Assembly: GCA_943704415.1 (NCBI GenBank)
Contig: CALSCO010000861.1
Span: forward strand, 1-44,509
DNA from: Parvularia atlantis
Lineage: Eukaryota
DNA length: 44,509 nucleotides
Direction: 5' to 3'
A program made the position numbers and the translations under genes. The notes beneath the pieces were generated by a model. It ran no database searches and was not told where the DNA came from. It saw only the letters and a program-made list of their open reading frames with translations. Shown here piece by piece: positions 25,450 to 36,500 of this stretch (position 1 is the stretch's first letter; each line of letters begins with the position of its first letter).

Positions 25450-28400
25450 ATGATGGTAAGCGCGTGGGAGGCATTTTGGCGCCAAACGGGTGCGCGCCAC
25501 CCGTCCGGCGCCTTCTTCTCGCTCACGGCGCCGCCCCGCGTCGCCGCGCAGCCCACAGCAGCCCGCCGCAGCAGCAGCAGGAGTACAGGGAGGAGGACGA
25601 TGCCCGCACGCGCACGCACGGCGCGCGCCGCACTCGCCTCGACCTCGTCGTCGCAGCCGGAGCCGATGGACGACGACACGGCGCCACGCCGCAGCCAGCG
25701 CCCACGCCGCGCCGCGTCGGTGGCGAGCGCGCCGCGGGACGACGGTGGCGACGACGAGGACGGCGACGAGAACGGCGCCAACGAGGACGAGGACGACGTG
25801 GAGGACGAGGAGGACGACGGCGAGGCGCGCGCGACAGCGGCCTCGTCGCCCAAGCGGCGCCAGCCCGCCAAGCCGCGCGCCCCGGCCAAGCGCGCGCGCC
25901 GCACGCCGCACGACGGCGACGACGGTGCTGCTGCTGCTGCCGCGCCCGCTGCTGCGCCTGCCGCATCCGCCGAAGCCGCCGGCGCCCTCTTCCGTGCGTT
26001 CTCGCCATCTGCCCATGGTCGACTCACCCGGGAGGGGGGCGATTGCGCAGGCGCCGTCAGCAGCCCCGGCGGTGCGCTCAAGGCAACGGTCAAGGACTGG
26101 ATCACGGCGTACCGTGCCGCGCACGATGCCGCCGTCGCCGAGCTGCTGACGCTGATCGTCAACGTGCGCGCTGTCTGCGCTGTCTGCGCACTGGCTCATG
26201 CGGCGCACAGCTTGCGGGCGTGTACGTCGCCGTGCGCGAGGACCAGATCAGGATGATGTCGCCCGAGGACCTCGAGGAGGCGCTGCGGACGTCAGCGGCG
26301 GTGCGTGCAACCGCGCGCCGTTTTGGCCGGCTCACTCAGCAGGCTCGCAGACCGCGCCCAGCGACTACCCGCTCGTCTCGCGCGACAAGAAGAAGAAGAC
26401 GCTCGGCAAGCGCGTGGGCGAGTTCTGGTCGCAGTTCGTGGACCAGGTGCGTTGCGTCCTGTGCCGCATCTCGGACTGACGAGGCCGCGCACGCAGGTCC
26501 GCCAGGCGCTGCCCGAAAGCGACGTGCTTGCGACGGTGCTGGCGTGGATCACGCCGCTGACCAGGTGCGCCTTGTGACATGTGCACGTGCAGACGCTCAT
26601 GCGCAGCACCAGTTCGGCCGTGCGCTCGCTGCGCCACGCCGCCACGCTCTCGGCGCTGCTCATCGGCTCAAGCATCGTCGCCGCCCTCGCCGCCCTCACG
26701 CGCGATGTCGCCGCGCTCAGCTCGCAGTCCAAGTCGGCGCGCGGCAAGGGTATGCGTGAGCCGTGCTGCTACCCGCTGCTGCTGCTGTGGCTTACGCGCG
26801 TTGTGCACAGGCACCGACACGCGCCAGGAGGGACTGACCGCGCTGCGCGGGCGCCTGACCGAGTGCCTGGAGAGCGTGCGGTCCAAGTGCGCGCGCCGGC
26901 GGCTGCTTGCGCGCGCGGCTGACACGCGCCACGCAAGCGTGTTCCACCACCGCCACCTGGACGCCGCGCCGGCGATCCGCCTCGAGTGCGTGCGCCAGCT
27001 GGGCGTGTGGCTCGTGTCGGACCAGGAGCTGCTGAGCAACGAGAGCACGCGGTACCTCGGCTGGGCGCTGTCGGACAAGGTGCGCCGGGCGTGCGCCGGG
27101 CGTGCGACACCGTTCACCAGGGCCGGACAGGACGCGTTTGTGCGCCTCGAGGCGCTCAAGGCGATAACGGCGCTGTACAGCGACTCGGCGGCCGCGGCCA
27201 AGCTCAACTCGTTCACGCTGCGGTTCCGCGACCGCATGGTGCAGATGCTCAACGACAAGGACGCGGCCGTGCGCGTGGCAGCCGCGGCGGTGACGCAGCA
27301 GCTGTCCGAGTGCGTGCGGTGTGGTGCGCGCTCGTGCACGGCGCTGAACGGCGGCCGCGCCGCAGCCAAGAGCTGCTCAAGGACGAGTACCAGCCGACGC
27401 TCGAGCAGCTCGTGTTTGACGACGACGAGCGCCTGCGCCACGCGCTCGCCCTCGTCGTGTTCCAGCGCTACATGGAGCCGCGCGTGAAGGAGGCGCTGCG
27501 CCTGGCCAGTGCGTCGGGCCCGCCGCCGCGCGCATACGCGTCACTCACGCGCGGCGGCCGCAGAGTCGGAGCAGCCGACCGTGACCGTGCTGCGCGAGGT
27601 CGTCGGCTACATCGAGCGCCAGCGGCTGACGAACCACGCGCAGGTTGCACGGTGGATGGTGCGTGTATGCGCGCTCCCTGCCGTGCGTTGCCGAGCTCAC
27701 CTGGACGCGCGCGTGGACCAGGACTCGTTCTGGGGCGTTATCCGCACGCCCGAGGGCAGCGGCAAGGGCAAAAAGGGCCAGGCGTCGGCGTATGTGCTGC
27801 AGGTGCTCTTGCGTTGCCGGCCGTGTGTGTGTGTGTGTGTGTGTGTGGCTCGCTGACAGAACGCACGCGCGGGCAGGACTGGCAGACGATGGCTAACATG
27901 CTGCGCGACGAGACGCTGGCGGGCGCGCCGCCGGCGGCGTCGCATCGCAAGGCCGGGCGCGGGGCGGCCGCGTCGGCTGGCCTCGGCTCGCAGACGCACG
28001 AGGCGCAGGAGCAGTCACGGCGCAACGCGGTGCTGGCCAACATGCTGCACGTGGCGGTGAAGAAGGTGTGCGGAGCTGGCGGCTGTGGGTCGTGCTGACA
28101 CAGTCGTCACAAAGCTCACCGAAGACGGGCACACGGCGGCGGACGGGAGCCACGAGGCGATGAGCAAGAAGGACAAGGAGGTGCGCGAAGCAGCGGCGTG
28201 GCGGTGTCGCCGAGCTGACACGCGCGCGGCGGTAGCACGAGCACGAGCAGATCATCTCTGACATGACGACGTACTTCTGCGCGCAGCTGGACAAGCTGCT
28301 GACCCAGTTTGCGTCCGAGACGGCAGTGGTCGTCCCGCTCGTGGCCGTGCCGCGCGTCATGGACCCGGTGGTGCTGGCCGGGCAGGTGCACGCGGTGGCG

Positions 28401-30232
28401 GCTCGTGCACGGGTCTGAGCGGGCGCTTGCGCGCGACGCAGGCAACGCAGGCCGACGACATCTTTGACGTGCTTGGACGGCTCGTGTTGCAGCAGGCGTC
28501 GCCGGCGGTGCTCGCGGCCGTGGGCGAGACCGTGGGCACATTTGTGCAGGCGCCGGCGCTGAAGGAGCGGGCGCTGCATCACCTGGGCACGGTGTTTGAC
28601 GCGCTCATCAAGGCGCTCAAGAGCGCGCTGAGCAACCTGCTGGTGCGCGCGTGCGTGTGCTGGCGCGCCGAGGTGGTGACGAGCCGTGCGCAGGGCGCGG
28701 GCGACGGTATGGACTACGAGGAGAGCCAGTCGGACGCGTTCACGACGCTCGACATCACCGTGCGGCGCATGCGCACGCTCGCCGAGCACCTGGACCCGGC
28801 CGCAGGTGCAGGAGCGACGGCGAGCACGCGTACATGGTTGCTGACAAGCGGCGGCGTGCGCAGGCATCGTCAAGCGCAACGTCGACCTGATGAAGCTGAT
28901 GGAGGAGGTCCTGGCGGCGATGGACAAGCACAACGGCGGCACGATCGGCTCGGCCATCGCGAGCGAGGCGCTGCGGCTGTCGCACGCCATGTACCTGCGC
29001 CTGGCCGCGATCCTGATGGACGACTCGGGGCCCGTGCGGCGCGACGTGGCCAAGGCGTGCGCGACGCGGCGCGAGCACCTGCTCAAGCGGTGCGAGGATC
29101 TCATGGGCGACACGGACGGCGACCTGGCGCTGGCGGTGCTGGTGCGTGCACGCATCAAGAGGCGATGGCGATGCGCGCTGACCCGGCGGGCGCAGGCGTT
29201 TGGCGTTGTGACGGACGTGCTGCAGGCGCACCCGAACCCGCAGCCGCGCGACGAGGCCGACGGGGCAGAGGGCGAGGCCGACGCGACGGCCGTGGCAGTG
29301 ACGGGCGACATGCTGACCGCGTACAACGAGTTTGTCTACCGCGTGCTCGACAACGCCGACAGCACGGACGAGCAGCAGCTGGGTGCGCGACACTGCGAGC
29401 AGTCGACTGGTCGCTGACGTGCGCCGCGCGCACAGCCGTGTGCGCGTGCCTCGGCAAGCTCATCTGGTCCAAGACGGACGACCGCGCGCACGCCAAGGTT
29501 GGACGCCCGTCACGCGAGTGCGTGTCGTGCAAGGCTCACGGGCGCGCAGGACTACGTGCTGCTGGCGTGCGCGCGCAAGCCCGCGCTCGAGCGCCAGATT
29601 GAGCAGGTCGTCGGGCGGCTGTCGAAGGAGATGGGCGGCGAAGCGATGCTCGAGGTGCTGTTGGCGGCGCTCGTGCAGGTGCGTGCGCTTGCGTGCGGTG
29701 TGTGTGCGTGGTGCACGGCTGACGCGCTGCGGCCGCACAGAGCTGCCACAGCTACGTGATTGAGGACTCACCGACGCTCGACCACACCAAGCCGCTGTTT
29801 GATATGGCGCGGAGTGTGCTGCGCGACGTCGGGCACGGATCGAAGAGCGCGCTGGCGTTCCACCGGAGCGCGTGCGCCCAGCTGGTGGATGTGCGCCCTC
29901 CTGTGCACGCGCGATGTGCGGTGCTCATGCGGGCGCGGCAGGAGTACGAGCGCGCGGGCGAGGTGGTGGAGCAGGCGGGCCACGTGATCGAGTGCTACCG
30001 GCTGTTTGCACACCTGATCGCGCGCGAGGACGTGCCGATGGTCGCCAACTCGTGCGTGCTCACGCTTGCGCGGCCCCACTCGCTGACGTTTTGCGGCGCG
30101 AGCAGTCTGCGCGCGCTCGGCACGCCCAAGGCATTCATCGACGCGATCGACAACCCGAAGGCGGGCGCCCGCGCGCCGCGGACGGGTGGTGGCGGCGGGC
30201 GCAGCAAGGCCAAGAGGGAGCCGGTGGCGTGA
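25450..30232 (+). CDS. SCC3: Cohesin subunit SCC3/STAG (stromalin), about 20 introns; start at 25450 (via intron 25456-25551) or 25600
   Basis: STAG domain (DYPLVSRDK..EFWSQF, AWITPLTSSAVRSLRHAATL); SCD domain (VFHHRHLDAAPAIRLECVRQLGVW..RYLGWALSDK..VRLEAL..FTLRFRDRMVQM.NDKD); HEAT-like remainder. Confidence 0.88.
25475..25486. promoter_or_regulatory. Palindromic double E2F-like site TTTGGCGCCAAA
   Basis: Perfect 12-bp palindrome matching TTTSSCGC on both strands, at the 5' end of SCC3. Confidence 0.5.
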
Positions 30233-30262
30233 GCGCGGGTGTGTGCTTACATGTCTGTGTGT

Positions 30263-32111
30263 TCAGGCGAGGGCTGTGCGCGCGTCGACGAGGGCCATGA
30301 CCGTGTCCTGCAGCGTGCCGACGTCGCACGCGTCGTCCAGGACGATGGCTCCGGCGCTGTGCGGCAGCAACTGAATGAGGACGCGCACGAGGGCAGGGCG
30401 CACGCACAGCCGCAGCATGGCCTGGACGAGCGGCGCGTACGAGGCGTCTGGCGGTCCGAGCACCCAGCTGCGCAGGGCCGCGGTCGGCTCGAGCCTGGCT
30501 CGATGATCAGCAACGCGACGAGACGGGCGATGACGCACAGCAGGTGCAGCCCGGCGAGGGCGGCGAGGTGCGCCAGCGAGGCGCTGCTCATGAGCCGGTT
30601 GCGGCGCTGCGCCAGCGCGTCTTGATCGGCGAGCGGGTCGCGGCGGTGCAGCGCGTGCGTCAGCACCCAGACGAGCGCGCGCTGGCCGACGCGCAGCAGC
30701 AGCTCGGGCGCGCAGCCGTCGCGCACGACTAGGCGGGCTCGGAAGGCCGGACGGGCGTGGGCCGGCGTAACGACGGCGTCGAGGTGCGCAAGCGGCAGGC
30801 TGAGGCGGGCGCGGACGTGGGCCCGGACGGTCTCGAGCGTGCTGCTGTCGAACGTGTGTGCGCGCGCGTCAGTCGACGACGTGCGAGCAGCTCGACGACG
30901 CACAGCTGCGCGTGCGACGGCTGCGGCTCGCGGATCAGTGGGGCGGGCCACGGCACGGCGACGCGGCGCACGGCGAGCGCCTCGGCCGCGCGCAGCTCGT
31001 CGTCGTCGGCGATCAGGCCGAGCCAGCGCACGAGGCGCGCGGTCGCAGCGAGGCGCGGGTCGGGCGCGTCGACGGCGGCCGCGACGAGGCCGATCAGCGC
31101 CTCGACGCCGTCGGCGAGCTGCTTGGGCGCGGCGTCGCGGTGCGGCAGGCCGGCGAGGCTCGGCGCGAAGGCGGCGGCGGCGGCCGGGGTGGTGGCGACG
31201 TGGCGCGTCTCGAGGTCGGCGAGGAGGTCGAGGCGGAGGGCGATCTGGAGCAGGTTGTCGTTGCTTGTGCGCTCGTCCAGGGTGTGCTGCTTGGCGTGCT
31301 GCTGCTGCTGCTGCTGGTGGACGTGCGGCTCGTGCTGCTGCTGCTGGTAGACGTGCGGCTCGTGCTGCTGCGGGTGGTGGACGTGCGGCTCGTGCTGCTG
31401 CTGCCCTTGCAGAACGTCGTCGCGCCATCGACCAGCACAGACCAGCCAGCCCAGCGCCGCGTCGCCCAGCAGCTCGTGCCGCGCGTGCACCACGCCGCGC
31501 CCGGGGCCCGCGCCGGACGTGCGCAGCGTCGCGTCGATCAGCGCAAGCGGCACGTCGGCGGCGCCGCCCGTCGCCTCGCGCAGTCGCCGGTGCCACGCCG
31601 CGACGCGCAGGTGGCGGTCGAGGCGCAGCATCGCCGTCGGCAGCAGCCGCAGCAGCGCGTCGCCGTCGTCGTCGTCGTCGTCGTCGTCGGGCAGCGCCGT
31701 CGCGTCCAGATCGGCGCCGCCGTCGTCGTCGAGGCGCACGAGCAGCGCCAGCGCGCCGTCGCGGCCGCGGAAGCCGCGCGTCTCGGCGACGGCCGGCGGG
31801 ACGGCGCGCAGCCGCTCGCACCACACGGCGCGCTGCAGCCGCACGAGGCGCCGCATCGCCGCGGCGTCGACGTCGGCGCATCGGCCCGTGGCGGCGACGC
31901 GCACGACGCGGCCCGGCGCGACGTCGAGGGCCATCGGCAGCAGCGGGCGCGGCGTCAGCAGCCCCACGGCCCCGGCGGACGCGGCGCCGTCCAGCGACAG
32001 CCGCGCGACATGCAGCGGCTCGGACGTCGCCGGCCCGGCCAGGCGCGTCCACAGCGCGTCCCAGTCGACGTGCAGCTCGGGTGGCGGGCGCGCGGCCGCG
32101 ATCTGCGGCAT
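30263..32111 (-). CDS. Short Dicer-like tandem RNase III protein (564 aa), IIIa intact and IIIb degenerate; introns 30845-30903, 30495-30538, 30357-30407
   Basis: Connector-like LLPTAMLRLDRHL..PLALIDATLRT; IIIa HARHELLGDAAL and KQLADGVEALIG; IIIb-like ELLLRVGQRALVWVLTHAL..RNRLMSSASLAHLAALAGLH..LAGAIVLDD. Confidence 0.75.
31321..31404 (-). repeat. 30-nt-period tandem repeat encoding QQHEPHV units inside RNase IIIa
   Basis: Exact acgtgcggctcgtgctgctg at 31321, 31351 and 31381. Confidence 0.9.
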
Positions 32112-32163
32112 GTGACTAGCGCCGACTGCGTGTCGCAAGCTGGTCACAGCACGGTACAGCGCG

Positions 32164-33567
32164 TCACAAGAGCACGGCCAGCGTCAGCGCCTGTGACGAC
32201 GGCGATCAGCACGGCCAGAGCGCAGCAAGCAGCCAGCAAGCAGCACACCTCGCCGCAGTACGGACACGCGCCAAAGAGCGTGTTGAAGCTCTGGCGCGTG
32301 CTCGGCGTCGAGCGCAGCCACTCGAGCAGACACGCCGTGTGGAACGGCTGCGCGCACCGCGCGTTGTCGCACAGCTTGCTCGGCGCCTGACCGTCCAGCA
32401 GCACCGCGTAGCAGATCGCGCACTCGCCCCGCGCCGCCGCGTCGGCCGCCACGTCGCCGCCGGCAGCGGGACGCGGCGGCAGCTTCGTCTCGAGCACGCG
32501 CTGCGCGGACGCGATCAGCAGCACGACGCCGTGCAACAGGGACGGCCACCTGCAGGTTGTCGACGAGGCTGGCGTGGCGGTCCCTGCCGCGGACGTGCGC
32601 GTCAGCAGCAACGACGACGACGACGACGACGGCAGCGCCCGCGCACCAGCGCCCCACGTTGCGGTTGAGCGCGGCCTTGAGCGGGCGGATCGCGGCGTCG
32701 GCGCCGAGGAAGCGGCAGTCGGGGACGGTCGCGCGCGGCGCCCGCGGGTCGACGGCGATCTGCAGCGAGCAGTGCGGCCCTTTGAGCGCCGCGTGAGCGA
32801 GGCGACGGCACAGCGCGAGCACACGCACCGAGCGCGATGCGCCGCGTCGTGTCGGCGCGCGTCGGCTGCGCCGGCTCCAGCACCCAGCAGCGCGCGTCCA
32901 GCTCGTCCATCGCGTCCCAGAAGTCGGCGCAGACCGCGAGGCGCTGCCGCGCACGTCAGGCACCGCGCAACGGCAAGCGGCACGGCGCGCACCTGCTCGA
33001 CGTGCGCGCGCACCGTCAGCAGCGACGTCGGCGCCGGCCCCGCGACGTCGATCGGCGGCGCGTCCAGCTCGACGCGCGGCGGCGCGGCCGGGTACGGCAC
33101 GGCGAGGCGCACGCGCACGTCGTGGGCGCGGCCGCGCGCGTCCCTGTGCGGCGGCCCTCGCCTCAGCATCACGACACGATGCACCAACGACGCACGCCGC
33201 ACCGCAGCGCCAGCCGCAGATCGCGCAGCGCGCCGTCCGCGTCGGCCACCGCGACCCAGCCGAGCGCGTCGAGATGCGCGAGCACGGCACGGACGTGGCC
33301 CACGTCGTCCACGTCGCCGTCCACGTCCACGTCCACGTCGGTCGGGCGCGCGAGCACATCGGCCACGTCGGCGCCCAGGTCGTCGGCCGTCGCGGCGCGG
33401 CCCATCGCCTCGTGCAGCCGCGCGGCCACGGCGGGCAGCGGCGCCAGCGGCAGCAGCAGCGTCGTCGTCCGCGTCGCCGCGTCGCTGCGCAGCGCGAAGG
33501 CCGTGCCGCCCGCGAGGCCGTGCCGCACAGCCAGCCCAGGCGCCGTCTCGATCGGTGGCAGCAGCAT
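32164..33567 (-). CDS. FANCL: Fanconi anaemia E3 ubiquitin ligase FANCL, 6 introns
   Basis: FWDAMDELDARCWVLEP..PTRADTTRRIALG; PDCRFLG; RING CAICY..P..LCDNARCAQPFHTACLLEWLRS..QSFNTLFGACPYC. Confidence 0.95.
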
Positions 33568-33591
33568 CGAGCAAAGGACACAGAAGCGAGC

Positions 33592-35586
33592 TCACGACGG
33601 CGGCGACGCGTTGGTCGGCGTTGTCGCCTCATCTTCAGCCTCGCCCGCTGCTGCTGCCGCCGCTGTCACTGCTGTCGGCTTGGCCGGCGTCGGCGTTTTG
33701 ACCCCGCGGCTCTTCCCTGGTGACTTGCCGCCCCTGGCAGGCGACTTGCCCTTGCCTTGCTTGGCGTCTGTCGGTGCCTTGGCTGTCGGCGTTGCCGCGC
33801 TTGCTTGCGTTGCCTCCGTCGCGGGCGGTTCGGCCTCGCCCGCAGGTGCCGCTGCCTCGGTCGCTGGCGAATTGCCCTTGGCCGCAGCCTCGCTCGCCTG
33901 CACCCTCCGCCGCAGGATCCAACCCACGTGCCGCGCCGCGTCCTGCACGTGGAAGAGCGCGTCCGAGCCGTCCACGACGACCCCGTTGGACACGTCGGCC
34001 GCCGCGTCCGCACACCCCTGCCGCTCGCCGAGTGCCTGCAGCGCCTTGTCATACTTGCTCGTGAGGCTGCTGATCTCCTTGAGTAGCGCGAATACGAGCG
34101 CGCGCACGGCCTCGGCGCCTGTCGCAGACGTGCGTGAGCACTCGCATCAGTACGAGCGAGCTCTCGTGCGCACTGGCGACCGGCGCCTCGTGGTCCGGCG
34201 CCAGCATGAGAAAGTGCTCGGCCAGGCGCAGCAGCTGCGGCGTCGCGGCGGCGTGAGCGCACGCACGGGCGGCCAGCGAGGCGCACCTGCTCGCAGGTCT
34301 TGCCGCAGAACGTCGCCAGCGTCTGCACCGCATGCTGCTGCCTGTGCGCGGAGCTAGTCAGCCAAGGGCGCTGCACCGCTGCAACGTACACTTCCAGCAG
34401 CGTGAAGATGCGCGGCTGCGGCGTGGACGGTAACGCGGGCCCAGTGATGCCGTCGGCAAACTGCGCCGCGGCGAGCACGGCGGCGCGCATCGCGGCGCAC
34501 GGCGCGACGACGTCCAGGCCGGTCTTGCGCACGAGCTCCTCCTGCACGGCAGCTCAGGCCAGCGCGGACACGCGGCACGTGCGCACACACCAGGCGCTCG
34601 AGCCCGTCTGATGTCACCAGCAGGAGCTCCTGCGCGGCCTCGATCTCGGCCTCGTCGCTCTCAAAGTTGAGCAGCTTCTCGATTCGCTGCGCCGCGGCGG
34701 CGCGCTCGGGCGTACCCGCCTCGCCCGCCTGCTTCTCGGCCTCGGCCGCGAGCATCTCGAGCGCCTGCAGGTGGCCCATGCCGAGGTCCTCAAACAGCTT
34801 GGCGAACGTCTTGCGGCCGGCAGGGGCCGTGGGCGAGCTCGCGGAGGCGGGCCCCGCGCTCGACGGCGAGTGTGCGGACGGCGTGCTTGCGGGGCGCCCG
34901 CGACCTGCCCGGACCCGGTTGCGCTGCCGTGTGTACGCGCGTGGTGTGTGAGCGATGAGCGGGCGAGCACACGCACCCGTGCGCACCTCCTGCACCATCA
35001 CCTCGGCCGCGTTCTTGCCGACAGTCTCCAGCACGCTCAGCGACGACGAGATGAGCGACTCGCCGATCTCGAGGCCCTGGTACAGCACGGCGCTGGTCTC
35101 GACGTCGCGCTTGATTTCCTCGGCCCACTGCGTGCGCCACACGGACGTGAGCATCGTGCCACACGCCACGCACAACGCGCCTGTTGACCTTCTTGGAAGC
35201 CTCGAGCGACGTGTCGGCGAGCTTGCGGCCCTCGTGGTACACGGCCTCGATCGCCGAGATGACGGCGAATCCGCCCGCGTGCTTCGGATCGGCGGGGGCG
35301 TCTGCAGACTGCTGCTCGGGCTGCTGCTCGGGCTGCTGCTCGGGCTGCTCGGGCTGCTGCTCGGTGGCATCGGGCTTGCGATCGCCAGCGCCCGCGCCCT
35401 CGCCCTCGCCCGCGAGCAGATTGACGGGCGCGTCGAGCACCTCGTAGACCTTTTCCATCGACGACGCGATCGTCGCGGCTGCGGGGCGATGCGTCGCGGG
35501 GTGGGGGCGAGGTGCGTGAGCGGGAGGCGCGTGCCACGTCGACCGGGGCACCGTGACGCACTCAGCCCGCTCCACCAGTCGCCCAT
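33592..35586 (-). CDS. FAM114A/DUF719-like protein, about 8 introns
   Basis: Trp-rich start MGDWWSG; SSLSVLETVGKNAAEVM (cf. GGLDALEFIGKKTM); TFAKLFEDLGMGHLQALEMLA (cf. LFDEYQGLSHLEALEILS). Confidence 0.75.
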
Positions 35587-35622
35587 GGTCGCAGCGTGTA
35601 TATCACACTGTACATCGCCCCG

Positions 35623-36446
35623 ATGGCGAACTCGACGGCACTGAGCTTAAGCGAGACCGTCGAGGTGCGCTGGCTGCCTGCCGTACTGCCTGCCGTGCTG
35701 GCTGCCGTGCTGCCTGCCGTGCTGCCTGCCGTGCTTGCTGATCGCGCATCCGCCCCGCACACCAACCGCGCATCCGCCCCGCACACCAACCGCGCATCCG
35801 CCCCGCACACCGACATCGCAACAGAGCGCCGCCGAGTCGTTCAGCGGCGCCGAGGCCGCCGGCCCGCCCGGGCCCAAGCCCTACTGGGAGACGCACACCG
35901 ACGCCGAGCGCCGCGCGATGCACCCGCGCGACTACGTCGACATGTACATCGCCCCGGCCCTGTTCGAAGGCCTACGCCGCGTGACGCGCGAGCGGTGCGG
36001 CTGCCCTCGACGTGTCTGTGCCGTGCTGATCGCGAGAGGCGCACAGACCGGGCGACGCCTGCGAGTTCCTCGGCAAGTACCTGCTGCACGTGAGCGAGCA
36101 CAGCAAGCTCGTCCACCGCGGCATTCCGCCCAAGCCGCGCCCCGCCGCGCCCGCGCACAAGGCCCCGCCGCCCATGCCGCGCCCCGTGCCCAAGCAGGAG
36201 CCGCAGGGCCAGCCGCCCGTGCGCATCGCCGCCAGCGGCCCCGCGCCCGTCCTCGGCCGGCCTCTCCCCGCGCTGCACCCGCAGCACCCGCAGCAGCCAT
36301 CGTTCGCCTTTGCGCCGGCGCCGTACGTGGGCGGCCAGTGGCCGCAGCAGCCGGGTGCGACCTCGACATTCTTCGTGGCGCAGCCACAGCAGCCGCAACA
36401 GCCCGTGCCGCCGCAGCCGCAGCAGCAGCCACAGCAGCCGCAGTGA
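35623..36446 (+). CDS. Dpy-30-motif protein with a Pro/Gln-rich tail, 2 introns
   Basis: PRDYVDMYIAPALFEGLRRVTRERPGDACEFLGKYLL matches the Dpy-30 dimerisation motif. Exon 1 (35623-35664) joins in phase 0 to 35825. Confidence 0.78.
35673..35814 (+). repeat. Intronic minisatellites: 12-nt gctgcctgccgt (about 5 copies) then 24-nt cgcgcatccgccccgcacaccaac (3 copies)
   Basis: 24-mers start at 35743, 35767 and 35791. Confidence 0.9.
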
Positions 36447-36500
36447 CCCGTGTGATGCGTACAGATCGGACGGCAGTTCCACACAGCGGCAGACAATAGG

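Noticed and set aside
30839..34357. Long + strand ORFs (e.g. 30839..32119, 30858..32390, 32574..33701, 32837..34357) and many similar Arg/Ala-rich ORFs across the window
   Set aside because: They are shadows of real genes on the opposite strand or in another frame. High GC makes stop codons rare, and they carry no recognisable motifs.
35743..35814. 24-nt repeats (and the 30-nt repeats at 31321-31404) as a CRISPR array
   Set aside because: No unique spacers of CRISPR length and no cas genes. They lie in an intron and a coding exon of a eukaryote.
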